From an uncultured bacterium (GTDB taxonomy: Bacteria; Bacillota_I; Bacilli_A; RF39; UBA660), in contig CASEVQ010000006.1 of NCBI GenBank assembly GCA_949291455.1, positions 1 through 44,081 on the forward strand: a DNA stretch of 44,081 nucleotides, written 5' to 3'. Under the pieces are notes generated by a model. The model saw only the letters and a list, made by a program, of their open reading frames with translations. It did not search any database and was not told the origin of the DNA. Positions 19,731 through 29,250 of this stretch are shown here, piece after piece (positions within the stretch are counted from its first letter, which is position 1; every line of letters begins with the position of its first letter). The translations under genes were made by a program, and so were the position numbers.

Positions 19731-22700
19731 ATGTTGACTGAAGAAGGATTAGAGTTAATGACAGTAGATATGTTAAAAGAGTTGGGATATGAATATGAGC
19801 CTGGAGAGTCTATTGGTAGAGATTATTCTGAAGTTATATTAGAACCTAATTTAACTATGTCATTATATAAATTAAATAGAAATTTAAAAGATGAAACTAT
19901 AAGAGAAGCTGTAAGAATAGTTAAGAATTTAGAACAAAATAATTTAGTAAAGAATAATAAACAATTTACTAAGTATTTGCACACGGGGATTAGTGTTCCT
20001 GAATATACAAAAGATGGTGTTATTTATCACACGGTAAAATTAATAGATTTTGATAATATTAATAATAATGAATTTTTAGTAACTAATCAATTTACTATAG
20101 ACGAAAATAGTGTTAAAAGACCAGATATGATTATTTATATTAATGGTATGCCTTTAGTTGTATTTGAATTAAAAAGTATGACACGTGAAGAAGTTGATTT
20201 AGAAAGTGCATATAATCAATTAAAGGGGTATATGAATGTTCATATTCCAAGTTTATTTTATTATAACCAGATATTAGTAATAAGTGATGGAGTAAGTGCT
20301 AAGGCTGGAACTATTACTTGTAATTATTCTAGATTTAATGAGTGGAAAAAGACTGGAATTAATGATGCTACAAGAAAAAATAATACACATGAATCTTTAA
20401 TTAATGGGATGTTTAATAAAAAAACATTATTGGATTTAATAGATAATTACATTTTATACAGTGATGATAATAAAATACTTCCTGCATATCATCAATATTA
20501 TGGTGTAGAAAAAGCTATTGATAGAACTTTAAAGGCTAAAGATGGTAAAGCTGGAATTATTTGGCATACCCAGGGTTCAGGAAAAAGCTTTAGCATGGTT
20601 TTCTATGTAGGAAATATGATTAAAGAATTAAATAATCCCACTATAGTAGTAGTAACTGATAGAAATGATTTAGATAATCAGTTATTTGCGACTTTTTCTA
20701 AGTGTAGTGATTATTTAAGACAAAGTCCTGAACAAGTAGAATCAAGAGAAGGATTAAAGAAACGTTTAGAAGCAAGAATAGCTGGTGGAATAATATTTAC
20801 AACACTTCAAAAATTCGAAGAAGAAACAGGATTATTAAGTGAAAGAAATGATATATTAGTCATCGCTGATGAAGCACATAGAAGTCATTATGGAATAGAT
20901 GCTGTAATGAAGTTTGACATGAATAAATTTGAAGCAGTAAAAAAATATGGTACTGCAAAATATTTACATGACGCTTTACCAAATGCTAAATATATTGGAT
21001 TTACTGGAACGCCTGTTGAAACAAAAGACCATTCTACAACTAATGTATTTGGTAATATTATTGATGTTTATGACATGACACAAGCCATTGAAGATGGGGC
21101 AACTGTTCCAATTTTATATGAAGCTAGAATGGCTAAAGTTGGTCTAAATGATAGAATTCTTGAAGCCATAGATGAATATTATAATGCTTTAGAAGAAGAT
21201 GGAAAAGCCGATACTGATGAAATTAGAAAAAGTCAAATTGAAATGGCTAACATGAAACAGATACTAGAAGACCCAGACAGATTAGGTATGATTGTAGAAG
21301 ATATATTAAAGCATTATGAAGATAGAAAAGATTTGGTAGCAAATAAAGCAATGATAGTTGCTTATTCAAGAAATGCTGCTTATACAATGTATAAAAAAAT
21401 ATTAGAGTTAAGACCGGATTATAAAGATGTAGTTCATATGATTATTACACCTTCAAATAATGACCCGGAAGAAATGCAAATTGCTATTGGATCGAAAAGT
21501 GATAAGCAAATTTACGAAACAGAATTTAAAGATCCTAATAGTTCATTTAAAATAGCTATTGTTGTAGATATGTGGCTAACTGGTTTTGATGTTCCTTGTC
21601 TTGGAACAATGTATGTAGATAAACCAATGAAAGCACATAATTTAATGCAAGCAATAGCTAGAGTAAATAGGGTTTATAAAGATAAAACGGGTGGATTAAT
21701 AGTAGATTATATTGGCTTAAAAAGATGGCTGTTAGAAGCATTAAAAACATATACAGAAAGAGATCAAGGTAAAATAGTTGATAATGAAGAAGTAGTTGTT
21801 TTATTAAAAGATAAAGTTGAATTAATCAGAAACTTATTTCATCATTTTAATTATAGTAATTTTTCTTCTTTAGATAATAGAGGAAAATATGATTTAATTA
21901 ATGAAGGTGCTAATTTTATTTTAGAGACAGAAGAATCTAAAAAGAGATTTATGAGATATAGCTATGATATCAAGGGTCTATATTCAATTTGTACTGGACA
22001 ATTAGATCGTGATTTAAAAGAAGAAATACTATATATTATTTCTGTTAGAAGTTTTATATCTAAAATATCTGGAAACGGAAAGATAGATGTTAAAGAAATA
22101 AATTCTAAAGTATCAAAAATGTTAGAAGATGCAATTAATGATGATGAATTAATTAATATTGGAACTATAAAGAAAAGTAATGCTTTAAGTTTGTTAAATG
22201 ATGATATTTTAAATAAACTAGCTAAAATGAAATCTAAGAATGTAGCAGTAGAAGTATTAAATCATGCATTAAAAGAGTATATTATGAAGATAGGTCAAAC
22301 AAACTTAATTTTAATGGAAAAATTTTCAACAAGATTTAAAAAAATAGCTGATTCTTATAATGAAAGAACTAATTTAGCAGATATTGAACAAATGATAGAA
22401 GAAATGATTGCTTTAAAAAAAGAAATTGAAAAAGAAATAGAATCTGGTACTGAATATAATCTGTCATCAGAAGAAAGAGCCTTCTTTGATGCTTTAGGAA
22501 ATGATCCAGAAGTTAAAGAATTAATGAAAGATGAAATATTAGTTCAAATTGCTAGAGAATTAGTAGAGGTTGTTAATTCTAATATGACAATAGACTGGGA
22601 TATTAAGAAATCATCAAAAGCGCATATGAGAATGGAAATTAGAAAATTATTAATTAAATATAATTATCCACCAAATAAGAGTGAACAAGCAGTTCAAACA

Positions 22701-22745
22701 GTAATAAAACAAGCGGAGTTAAATTGTAAGAATATGGTAAGTTAA
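19731..22745 (+). CDS. hsdR: Type I RM restriction/motor subunit
   Basis: RPD...ELK nuclease motif, HTQGSGKS, DEAH, FTGTP, MWLTGFD, QAIARVNR. Confidence 0.97.
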   Translation: MLTEEGLELMTVDMLKELGYEYEPGESIGRDYSEVILEPNLTMSLYKLNRNLKDETIREAVRIVKNLEQNNLVKNNKQFTKYLHTGISVPEYTKDGVIYHTVKLIDFDNINNNEFLVTNQFTIDENSVKRPDMIIYINGMPLVVFELKSMTREEVDLESAYNQLKGYMNVHIPSLFYYNQILVISDGVSAKAGTITCNYSRFNEWKKTGINDATRKNNTHESLINGMFNKKTLLDLIDNYILYSDDNKILPAYHQYYGVEKAIDRTLKAKDGKAGIIWHTQGSGKSFSMVFYVGNMIKELNNPTIVVVTDRNDLDNQLFATFSKCSDYLRQSPEQVESREGLKKRLEARIAGGIIFTTLQKFEEETGLLSERNDILVIADEAHRSHYGIDAVMKFDMNKFEAVKKYGTAKYLHDALPNAKYIGFTGTPVETKDHSTTNVFGNIIDVYDMTQAIEDGATVPILYEARMAKVGLNDRILEAIDEYYNALEEDGKADTDEIRKSQIEMANMKQILEDPDRLGMIVEDILKHYEDRKDLVANKAMIVAYSRNAAYTMYKKILELRPDYKDVVHMIITPSNNDPEEMQIAIGSKSDKQIYETEFKDPNSSFKIAIVVDMWLTGFDVPCLGTMYVDKPMKAHNLMQAIARVNRVYKDKTGGLIVDYIGLKRWLLEALKTYTERDQGKIVDNEEVVVLLKDKVELIRNLFHHFNYSNFSSLDNRGKYDLINEGANFILETEESKKRFMRYSYDIKGLYSICTGQLDRDLKEEILYIISVRSFISKISGNGKIDVKEINSKVSKMLEDAINDDELINIGTIKKSNALSLLNDDILNKLAKMKSKNVAVEVLNHALKEYIMKIGQTNLILMEKFSTRFKKIADSYNERTNLADIEQMIEEMIALKKEIEKEIESGTEYNLSSEERAFFDALGNDPEVKELMKDEILVQIARELVEVVNSNMTIDWDIKKSSKAHMRMEIRKLLIKYNYPPNKSEQAVQTVIKQAELNCKNMVS

Positions 22746-22773
22746 AAGATCAAATTTATTAGGAGGATTTGTA

Positions 22774-23706
22774 ATGAACTATAATTTAGGTAGATTAGAA
22801 AAAATTAGTAATTTAAGAGAAGTATGGAAGAATGAAGCTACTGATTTTACTAAATGGTTGGCTAAAGAAAATAATATTAAACTATTAAGCGAAGAATTAG
22901 GATTTAATATAACTGCTGATGAAACAGAGGCTTCAACAGGAAGATATAATGTTGATATTAAAGCACATGAAGAAGAAACAGATAAAACTATAATAATTGA
23001 AAATCAACTTGAAATGACTAACCATGACCATTTAGGAAAGGTAATTGTTTATTCAGCGGGATTTGATGCAGATATTCAAATTTGGATAGTTAAAGATGTA
23101 AGAGATGAACATAAACAAGCTGTTGATTGGTTAAATGAACATTCTGATGAACATATTAATATATTTTTAGTACAAATTGAATTATGGAAAATTGATGATT
23201 CACAAATTGCTCCTAAATTTCAAATAATAAGTAAACCTAATAATTGGGCAAAAGCAATTAGAAAAAGTATATCTAAAAATATGAGTAATGCTTCAACAAT
23301 ACAATTAAATTTTTGGGAAGATTTTAAAAGCTATTGTGAAGAAAAGAAAGTTAGTTTTTCTTTAATTAAACCACTACCTCAGCATTGGTATAATGTATTT
23401 ATAGGTAGAAGTGATTGTAATTTAGCATTAACTTATAATACAAAGAAAAAACAAGTTGCTTGTGAATTATATATAAATGATAATAAAGATTTGTATTATT
23501 CATTAGAAAAGTATAAAGATGAAATAAATGAAAAGATATCTTTTGATTTACAATGGATGCCTTTAGAAAATAAAAAAGCAAGTAGAATTAAATTGGTTTC
23601 TAAATTAGATGTTGATCCTAATTCTGAATCATGGGATAATGCTTTTGAGTGGTTAAGTGAGAATGTAGAATTATTTAAAAATACATTTAAGAAGTATTTA
23701 AAGTAA
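22774..23706 (+). CDS. DUF4268-domain protein with N-terminal PD-(D/E)xK-like endonuclease domain
   Basis: LREVWKNEA.DFT.WL, VDI...IIIENQL..TNHDHLGK, FWEDF, KKASRI. Confidence 0.82.
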   Translation: MNYNLGRLEKISNLREVWKNEATDFTKWLAKENNIKLLSEELGFNITADETEASTGRYNVDIKAHEEETDKTIIIENQLEMTNHDHLGKVIVYSAGFDADIQIWIVKDVRDEHKQAVDWLNEHSDEHINIFLVQIELWKIDDSQIAPKFQIISKPNNWAKAIRKSISKNMSNASTIQLNFWEDFKSYCEEKKVSFSLIKPLPQHWYNVFIGRSDCNLALTYNTKKKQVACELYINDNKDLYYSLEKYKDEINEKISFDLQWMPLENKKASRIKLVSKLDVDPNSESWDNAFEWLSENVELFKNTFKKYLK

Positions 23707-23743
23707 TAAGAAAGAATAGTAAAAATTTATAAGGATAAAAGAG

Positions 23744-23784
23744 GCGCTAGTACAGGCTAATATGGTTTTGTGCCGCGCTTTTTT
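23744..23784 (+). terminator. Terminator-like hairpin after the hsd operon
   Basis: GCGC-TAGTACAGGCTA...GGTTTTGTGCC-GCGC followed by TTTTTT; imperfect stem. Confidence 0.45.
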
Positions 23785-23800
23785 GGTAGTAGGAGGAATT

Positions 23801-25396
23801 ATGCAGTATAATATTTTTAGAGTAAAAGATGAAAAAGGGCTTTTAGAAGAAATGAAAATAAAAAATTACATTAAAAGTAATAATGAAAAACAGGTAGATA
23901 ATTATAAATTGTCATTATATTATTGTAAAAACGATAGTTCGAAAATATCATGGCAAAACATATTAAATGAGTTTAATGTTGATATAACAATAGATAAAGA
24001 TAATTTGAAAGGGATATTATTAATATCTTCTGATATGGACTTTTATGCAGTTACATATGGTATGAGCAGTTCATTGGTGCAAAAGTATTGTGATACAGAT
24101 TTTGCTATGAATATCGCTAAACGTGTAGAAGTTTCAAAAATAAAAAGAAAAGCAGCAAAGTTTTTAAATGGAAGTACTAGTAGTTTAGTAAAAACTATGT
24201 CTAATGCAAATATAATTGTTTTGGACAGGGGAGAGTCTGTTGTTAATTTAGAAATTATACCTGATGAGTGTGAAAATTTAGGAAAGTGTATTGTTATTGG
24301 AAAATCCTTAAAATTAAATTTAGATAAAAATATCGATAATATATCTGAAGTTATATCAATAATAAAAAATATTGAGAATAGAGAAGATAAAAGACCGATA
24401 CCTTTATTCGTAAAAGTGACTGATGATGACTTAAAATCTAGAATATGGGAGACATTAAATTCTGAGTTTATGCAAAATATAAAAAACCTGAATTTTTCAT
24501 TGGATGAAATGAATGTTTTGGGGAGTTCAATATATTTTGATGATAATTTTAGGTTAGAGTTAGCATATTTAAATAAAAAAGAAGAAATATCAATTTTAAG
24601 TACTGATGTAGTGAGAAATTTTATTGAAAAAAATGATATAAAAATCGATAAAATTTTAGATTATATAAAAATAAAATATATTTCTGATAGTGGTAATTTT
24701 GTACGTTCTTTAAAAGAAGTTGTAACTTTTGATTTTAGTTATGAGGATACAAATTACGTTGTTTATGATGGTGATATTTACTACTATAATGATGATTTTT
24801 ATCAAAATATTAAAGACGGATTAAGATTGATAGAATTTAAACCATATGATAAAGCGGATGATAAAAGTATTATTTGGTATAAAAACTATTTAAGTGAAAA
24901 TAACCTTGTTGACGTAAAAGATAACAAGTCAAAGAAAGATGAAAATAAAATAACTTATAGAGAAAAAGCAATAAATGAAGTATTAAGTAAAAAATACCAG
25001 TATGATAATTTAGATAGAAATCTTGTTAACATAAATAAAGATTTGATTTATAAAATAGAGATAGCAGATTTAGGTAAAAAGGATGAAATAATTTATGCTG
25101 TAAAAGTAGGTAGCCCTAGAGATTTTTGTTATGCTATAGATCAGTCAAATTTAACGATCGACGCTTTTTTATCTAGAACCTACGATAAAGATGAACTTAT
25201 AGAAGAATATAAAAATGTTAAATATATTGGATTATGGTTATATCTCAAAGGAAAGAAAAAAATTCATGACCAAAACAATAATATCGATGTATCACAATTA
25301 GATTCTATAATGTTTTTAAATAAATTGGTTGACTGGGCTAACAAAGTAGTTTCTGCTAATTATAAACCTATTGTGGTAATTAATTATTATGATTAA
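23801..25396 (+). CDS. DUF6119 / TIGR04141-like sporadically distributed protein
   Basis: AGGAGG RBS before ATG 23801; YAVTYG, DTDFA..IAKR, C-terminal LDR...IEIADL....YAVKVG...QS nuclease-like motif. Family assigned from motif recall. Confidence 0.7.
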   Translation: MQYNIFRVKDEKGLLEEMKIKNYIKSNNEKQVDNYKLSLYYCKNDSSKISWQNILNEFNVDITIDKDNLKGILLISSDMDFYAVTYGMSSSLVQKYCDTDFAMNIAKRVEVSKIKRKAAKFLNGSTSSLVKTMSNANIIVLDRGESVVNLEIIPDECENLGKCIVIGKSLKLNLDKNIDNISEVISIIKNIENREDKRPIPLFVKVTDDDLKSRIWETLNSEFMQNIKNLNFSLDEMNVLGSSIYFDDNFRLELAYLNKKEEISILSTDVVRNFIEKNDIKIDKILDYIKIKYISDSGNFVRSLKEVVTFDFSYEDTNYVVYDGDIYYYNDDFYQNIKDGLRLIEFKPYDKADDKSIIWYKNYLSENNLVDVKDNKSKKDENKITYREKAINEVLSKKYQYDNLDRNLVNINKDLIYKIEIADLGKKDEIIYAVKVGSPRDFCYAIDQSNLTIDAFLSRTYDKDELIEEYKNVKYIGLWLYLKGKKKIHDQNNNIDVSQLDSIMFLNKLVDWANKVVSANYKPIVVINYYD

Positions 25397-25413
25397 TATT
25401 TAATTTAAATTGG

Positions 25414-25437
25414 GAGTACGTTTAGGTACTCTTTTTT
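25414..25437 (+). terminator. Intrinsic terminator
   Basis: GAGTAC-GTTTAG-GTACTC-TTTTTT. Confidence 0.7.
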
Positions 25438-25560
25438 CATATTTCGTACAATTAAACTTTATTTTTATTTGTTGTAAGATATAGATACCTAGGGAAAATA
25501 GTATGTAAAAGTGCACTTTTATAAAGATATATTTTATTTATAATTCTATATAAGGATAAT

Positions 25561-26043
25561 ATGGAAGAATATATAAAACCAATTATACCATTATCAGTAT
25601 TTAGCGATAATAGAATATCATCTTTAGAAAAGTTATTATTAATACACATAATTTCTTTGTGTAATAATAAAGGATATTGTTGGGCAACTAATAGCTATTT
25701 TATGAAAGTTCATGGCTATAGCAAACAAACAATTTCTAAATGTATTAACAATCTCGCCTCTTTTGGTTATATAAAGTTGAAATATGAAAAAGAAAGTACT
25801 AATAATTCAAAGCGTACAATTACACTTGACCAAGTATTAAAAAAAGAAATACAAGATATTAAAAATAATTTGAATACCAGTGTTCAATCTAACTTTAATC
25901 ATTATAATAAAAATAAGATAAATGAAATATATTATAAAGATAAATTAGGTAATGAATATTGGAATGGAAAGTTAATTGAAAAAGAAGAAGCAACTAAACA
26001 AGAAATAGAAGAATTAGAAAATTTATTAAAAGAATATAAGTAA
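25561..26043 (+). CDS. Winged HTH (HTH_36) protein, phage replication-initiator N-terminal-like
   Basis: KLL...ISLCNNKGYCWATNSYF...TISKCINNL...GYI pattern. Confidence 0.75.
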   Translation: MEEYIKPIIPLSVFSDNRISSLEKLLLIHIISLCNNKGYCWATNSYFMKVHGYSKQTISKCINNLASFGYIKLKYEKESTNNSKRTITLDQVLKKEIQDIKNNLNTSVQSNFNHYNKNKINEIYYKDKLGNEYWNGKLIEKEEATKQEIEELENLLKEYK

Positions 26044-26108
26044 AAGAGATTAGGAGGTTTTAAAATAATATGCAAGAATTTATCATAAGATTTTTTAAGA
26101 GGTGAGAT

Positions 26109-26204
26109 ATGTTTAATATTAAAGAAACCTTTAAAAAAGATGATAATTCTACTATTAATGATTTGATAATTGGATATATAATGTGCGTTTTAGTAAAATC
26201 GTAG
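26109..26204 (+). CDS. 31-aa peptide upstream of the recombinase
   Basis: GAGGTG RBS; MFNIKETFKKDDNSTINDLIIGYIMCVLVKS; below the ORF-track cutoff. Confidence 0.4.
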   Translation: MFNIKETFKKDDNSTINDLIIGYIMCVLVKS

Positions 26205-26279
26205 ATTTGTTATACGGCTATATTAATGATAGACTGAATCTAGGCTTTAAATGTTATACAAAAGAAAGGAGAAAAAGCC

Positions 26280-27863
26280 GTGTATAACACTGTGTTACAG
26301 CACCCTAGTTATTATAGAGTAGGATTATATATAAGATTATCTGAATCAGATTCTGATAAAAGTTATGAATCAGAAAGTGAAAGTATTATTAATCAAAGAA
26401 ATTTATTAATGAGCTTTGTAAAACAAAATGAATTTACTTTTGTTGATGAATATATTGATGATGGATTTACCGGTACTAATTTTGATAGACCTGGATTTAA
26501 AAGATTAATTGATGATATAGAAAAAGGTAGAATTAATTGTGTTATAACTAAAGATTTATCTAGATTAGGTAGAAATTATGTAACATGTGGATATTATGTA
26601 GATGAATATTTTCTTTTAAAGAAAGTTAGATATATTGCTGTATTAGATCAGGTGGATACTTTTTTAAATAATGTTGGTAATGAAATGATACCTTTTAAAT
26701 CAGTATTTAATGATATGACTAGTAGGGATAATTCAAAAAAAATTCGTTCTATTTTAAGAAATAAAAAAGAAATAGGGAAATTTATTGGAAGTGAATCTAG
26801 TTTTGGATATATGAGAGATCCAGAAGATAAAGGACATTTATTACCTAATCCAGAAACTGCATTTATTGTGAAAAAAATATTTGAAATGGCAAATAATGGA
26901 ACAAGTGTAAGTGATATAGCAAGTTATCTTAATGATTGTAAATATCCTACACCAAGTCTATACAAGAAAAAAGAGGGTTCTAAACAAAAGGTTAATCCAA
27001 TATGGTCTATTTCATCAGTGAAAAAAATATTAAAAAATCAGATGTATACTGGAGATATGGTCCAAAATGTTCAAACTAAATTATCATATAAATCACCTAA
27101 GAAAGTAACACTTAATAAAGAAGCATGGATAATTGTACCTAATACTCATGAACCTTTAGTTAGTAAAGAAGTATTTTTTAAAGTACAAAATAATGTTAAA
27201 AGAAAACCTAAAACACAGTCTAATAGGGAAAAAAGACTATTTGAAAATCTTATTTACTGCAAAGAATGTGGAAACACTTTAACAGTTACTTACCGAAAGA
27301 AACAAGATTATTGGACTGTTAATTGTAATAGGTATTCGAGAGATCCAAGAAGACATTTATGTTATCCACATTTTATGCCATATGATAAGTTAGAAGAAGC
27401 ATTACTAGATACAATAAAAAATACTTGTAAAAAATATTTAGACAAGTTAGATATTAAGTCATTAGCAAAATTAGTTAATGATAAAAATAGTAAAAAAGAA
27501 AGTAATATGGAAGAAATTAATTATCTAAATAAAAGGATTAAAGAATGTAATTCTAAAATTGATATGTTATATGATGATAAATTTAAAGGTAATATTTCGG
27601 AAGATACTTATAAAAGATTATCTAGAGAAACAGAAATATTATTAAATCAATCTAAAGCAAGGTTGGAAGAATTACAAAGTATAGACAAAAAGAAAATTGA
27701 TTCTGCTAAAGAAATTAAAAAATATGAACAAAAAATTAAAGAATTAATTAATCTTGATAAACCAAGTAGAGAATTATTACAATCCATCATTGATAAAATA
27801 ATTATAAATAAAGATAGAAATATTGAAATCTTTTATAAATTCAGTTTGTTAAATAATATTTGA
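26280..27863 (+). CDS. Large serine recombinase (resolvase + recombinase + Zn ribbon + coiled coil; TnpX/SpoIVCA class)
   Basis: YIRLS catalytic Ser, DDGFTGTNFDRPG, KDLSRLGRN, YTGDMVQ, HEPLVS, CKECG; intact frame; AAAGGAG RBS. Confidence 0.96.
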   Translation: MYNTVLQHPSYYRVGLYIRLSESDSDKSYESESESIINQRNLLMSFVKQNEFTFVDEYIDDGFTGTNFDRPGFKRLIDDIEKGRINCVITKDLSRLGRNYVTCGYYVDEYFLLKKVRYIAVLDQVDTFLNNVGNEMIPFKSVFNDMTSRDNSKKIRSILRNKKEIGKFIGSESSFGYMRDPEDKGHLLPNPETAFIVKKIFEMANNGTSVSDIASYLNDCKYPTPSLYKKKEGSKQKVNPIWSISSVKKILKNQMYTGDMVQNVQTKLSYKSPKKVTLNKEAWIIVPNTHEPLVSKEVFFKVQNNVKRKPKTQSNREKRLFENLIYCKECGNTLTVTYRKKQDYWTVNCNRYSRDPRRHLCYPHFMPYDKLEEALLDTIKNTCKKYLDKLDIKSLAKLVNDKNSKKESNMEEINYLNKRIKECNSKIDMLYDDKFKGNISEDTYKRLSRETEILLNQSKARLEELQSIDKKKIDSAKEIKKYEQKIKELINLDKPSRELLQSIIDKIIINKDRNIEIFYKFSLLNNI

Positions 27864-27869
27864 TTCATA

Positions 27870-28208
27870 GAAGTTAGTTCTATACTAACTTCATACATTT
27901 AAAGGCGAGATAATGAAGTTTAGTTGCTAATTAACTTTGTGGTAGAATGGCACAAAGTTAGTAATATAAAAATTCAATTAACTATTTTTAGTAAATTTTA
28001 AAAAGTTCCCACCGACTTGGTGGGAAGTTTATAGTAAATATTAACTTGTGACCATGTTGGGTACAAGTAATATTTAAAAAAATAATAACTTAAATCTAAT
28101 TTGAAACAAAAATATAAAATTAAATTTTATTATACCTCTATTATAAAACTTATGCACACAATGTGCATAAGTAAAAATATTAACTTCCCGACAGGCTGTC
28201 GAGAAGTA
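27870..28208. repeat. Array of palindromes including five 27-bp AA(C/G)TT-N17-AAGT(T/A) units
   Basis: Units at 27933-27959, 28003-28029, 28043-28069, 28147-28173, 28182-28208, plus hairpin GAAGTTAGT/ACTAACTTC at 27870-27892. Confidence 0.85.
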
Positions 28209-28308
28209 GTTGATTTAATAACATGTACCAAGTTGTTAGTTCTATTATAAATAATTAAATTAAAAATCAGTGATATAATAGTAATTATCAATTTTAGGCG
28301 GTGATAAT

Positions 28309-29151
28309 ATGCAAATAAATATTAAAACTATTAATAGAGCTATTAATCGAAAATTTCATAGGCCATTGAAAGATGGATGTATTTATAATGTTTCAAAATT
28401 AAATAATGAAAGAAGAGCAAAGCATAACGAAACAATCAGTTTATTAAAACAAGCTCACGAAACATTAATAAATGTTGAATATAATCTAAATATATATAAT
28501 TTAGTTGATGCTAATACTTTGTTAAGATCTTCATTTGAATATGTAATGATGGCTATGATGATTCAATTTGATGAGAATGTCTATAATGAATTCACAACAC
28601 TTGGGATTGAACGTGATAAAACTAGAGTTTGTGAAATAATTGATAAATTTAGAACACACATGAATGAAATTTCTGAAACAGCTTTTAAAGATATAAATCG
28701 TAAAGAAAAACTATCTATGTTAACAGAATTATATGATAAATTATGTAATTTTACACATAGTACTTTAATAGTAAGTACTATGATAGAAATTAACAGTAAA
28801 AAAGAAAAAGAAATATTTCAATTACTAATGTATCAAAATTATTATTTTTTAAAAATGCTTTTATTTCTATGTTTGAAATATTTTACGAATGATAATAAGC
28901 ATTATTTAGAATTAAGAAATGTCGGCTTTACTTATTTATTTTTAATGTTTATTATTAATAATAAAATAAAAGATTATAAGTTGGATTTATCAAAGTATAA
29001 TGAATTATTATATTTTGATAAAAATACTAAATATTTCGAAAATGATAAAAAAAATATGGAAAAACTTAGTTTTGAATTAAATGAGCTAAAAGTAGCTATA
29101 GAAGAAAATAGAGATAGTTTTATAAAAGAGTTATTAGAATTTTTAAAATAA
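28309..29151 (+). CDS. Hypothetical helical protein, DUF5677/HEPN-like
   Basis: A..LLRSSFE and LYDKLCNFTH motifs; own extended -10 (TGATATAAT) and RBS upstream. Confidence 0.55.
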   Translation: MQINIKTINRAINRKFHRPLKDGCIYNVSKLNNERRAKHNETISLLKQAHETLINVEYNLNIYNLVDANTLLRSSFEYVMMAMMIQFDENVYNEFTTLGIERDKTRVCEIIDKFRTHMNEISETAFKDINRKEKLSMLTELYDKLCNFTHSTLIVSTMIEINSKKEKEIFQLLMYQNYYFLKMLLFLCLKYFTNDNKHYLELRNVGFTYLFLMFIINNKIKDYKLDLSKYNELLYFDKNTKYFENDKKNMEKLSFELNELKVAIEENRDSFIKELLEFLK

Positions 29152-29202
29152 ATTTATTATGGGTTAGTTTTATATAATAGTTTAAATAATTAAGTAAGTC
29201 AG

Positions 29203-29231
29203 TTGACATAAACTACCGTTTGCGGTATAAT
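29203..29231 (+). promoter_or_regulatory. Consensus sigma-A promoter with overlapping palindromic operator
   Basis: TTGACA-N17-TATAAT; TACCG-TTTG-CGGTA at 29214-29227. Confidence 0.85.
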
Positions 29232-29250
29232 TGTAACAGAGGTGAAAATT

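Noticed and set aside
27870-28240. CRISPR array or integron attC interpretation of the palindrome array
   Set aside because: There are no identical direct repeats, spacing is irregular and no cas genes are present. The 27-bp units are far shorter than attC sites, and there is no integron integrase or intervening cassette ORF.
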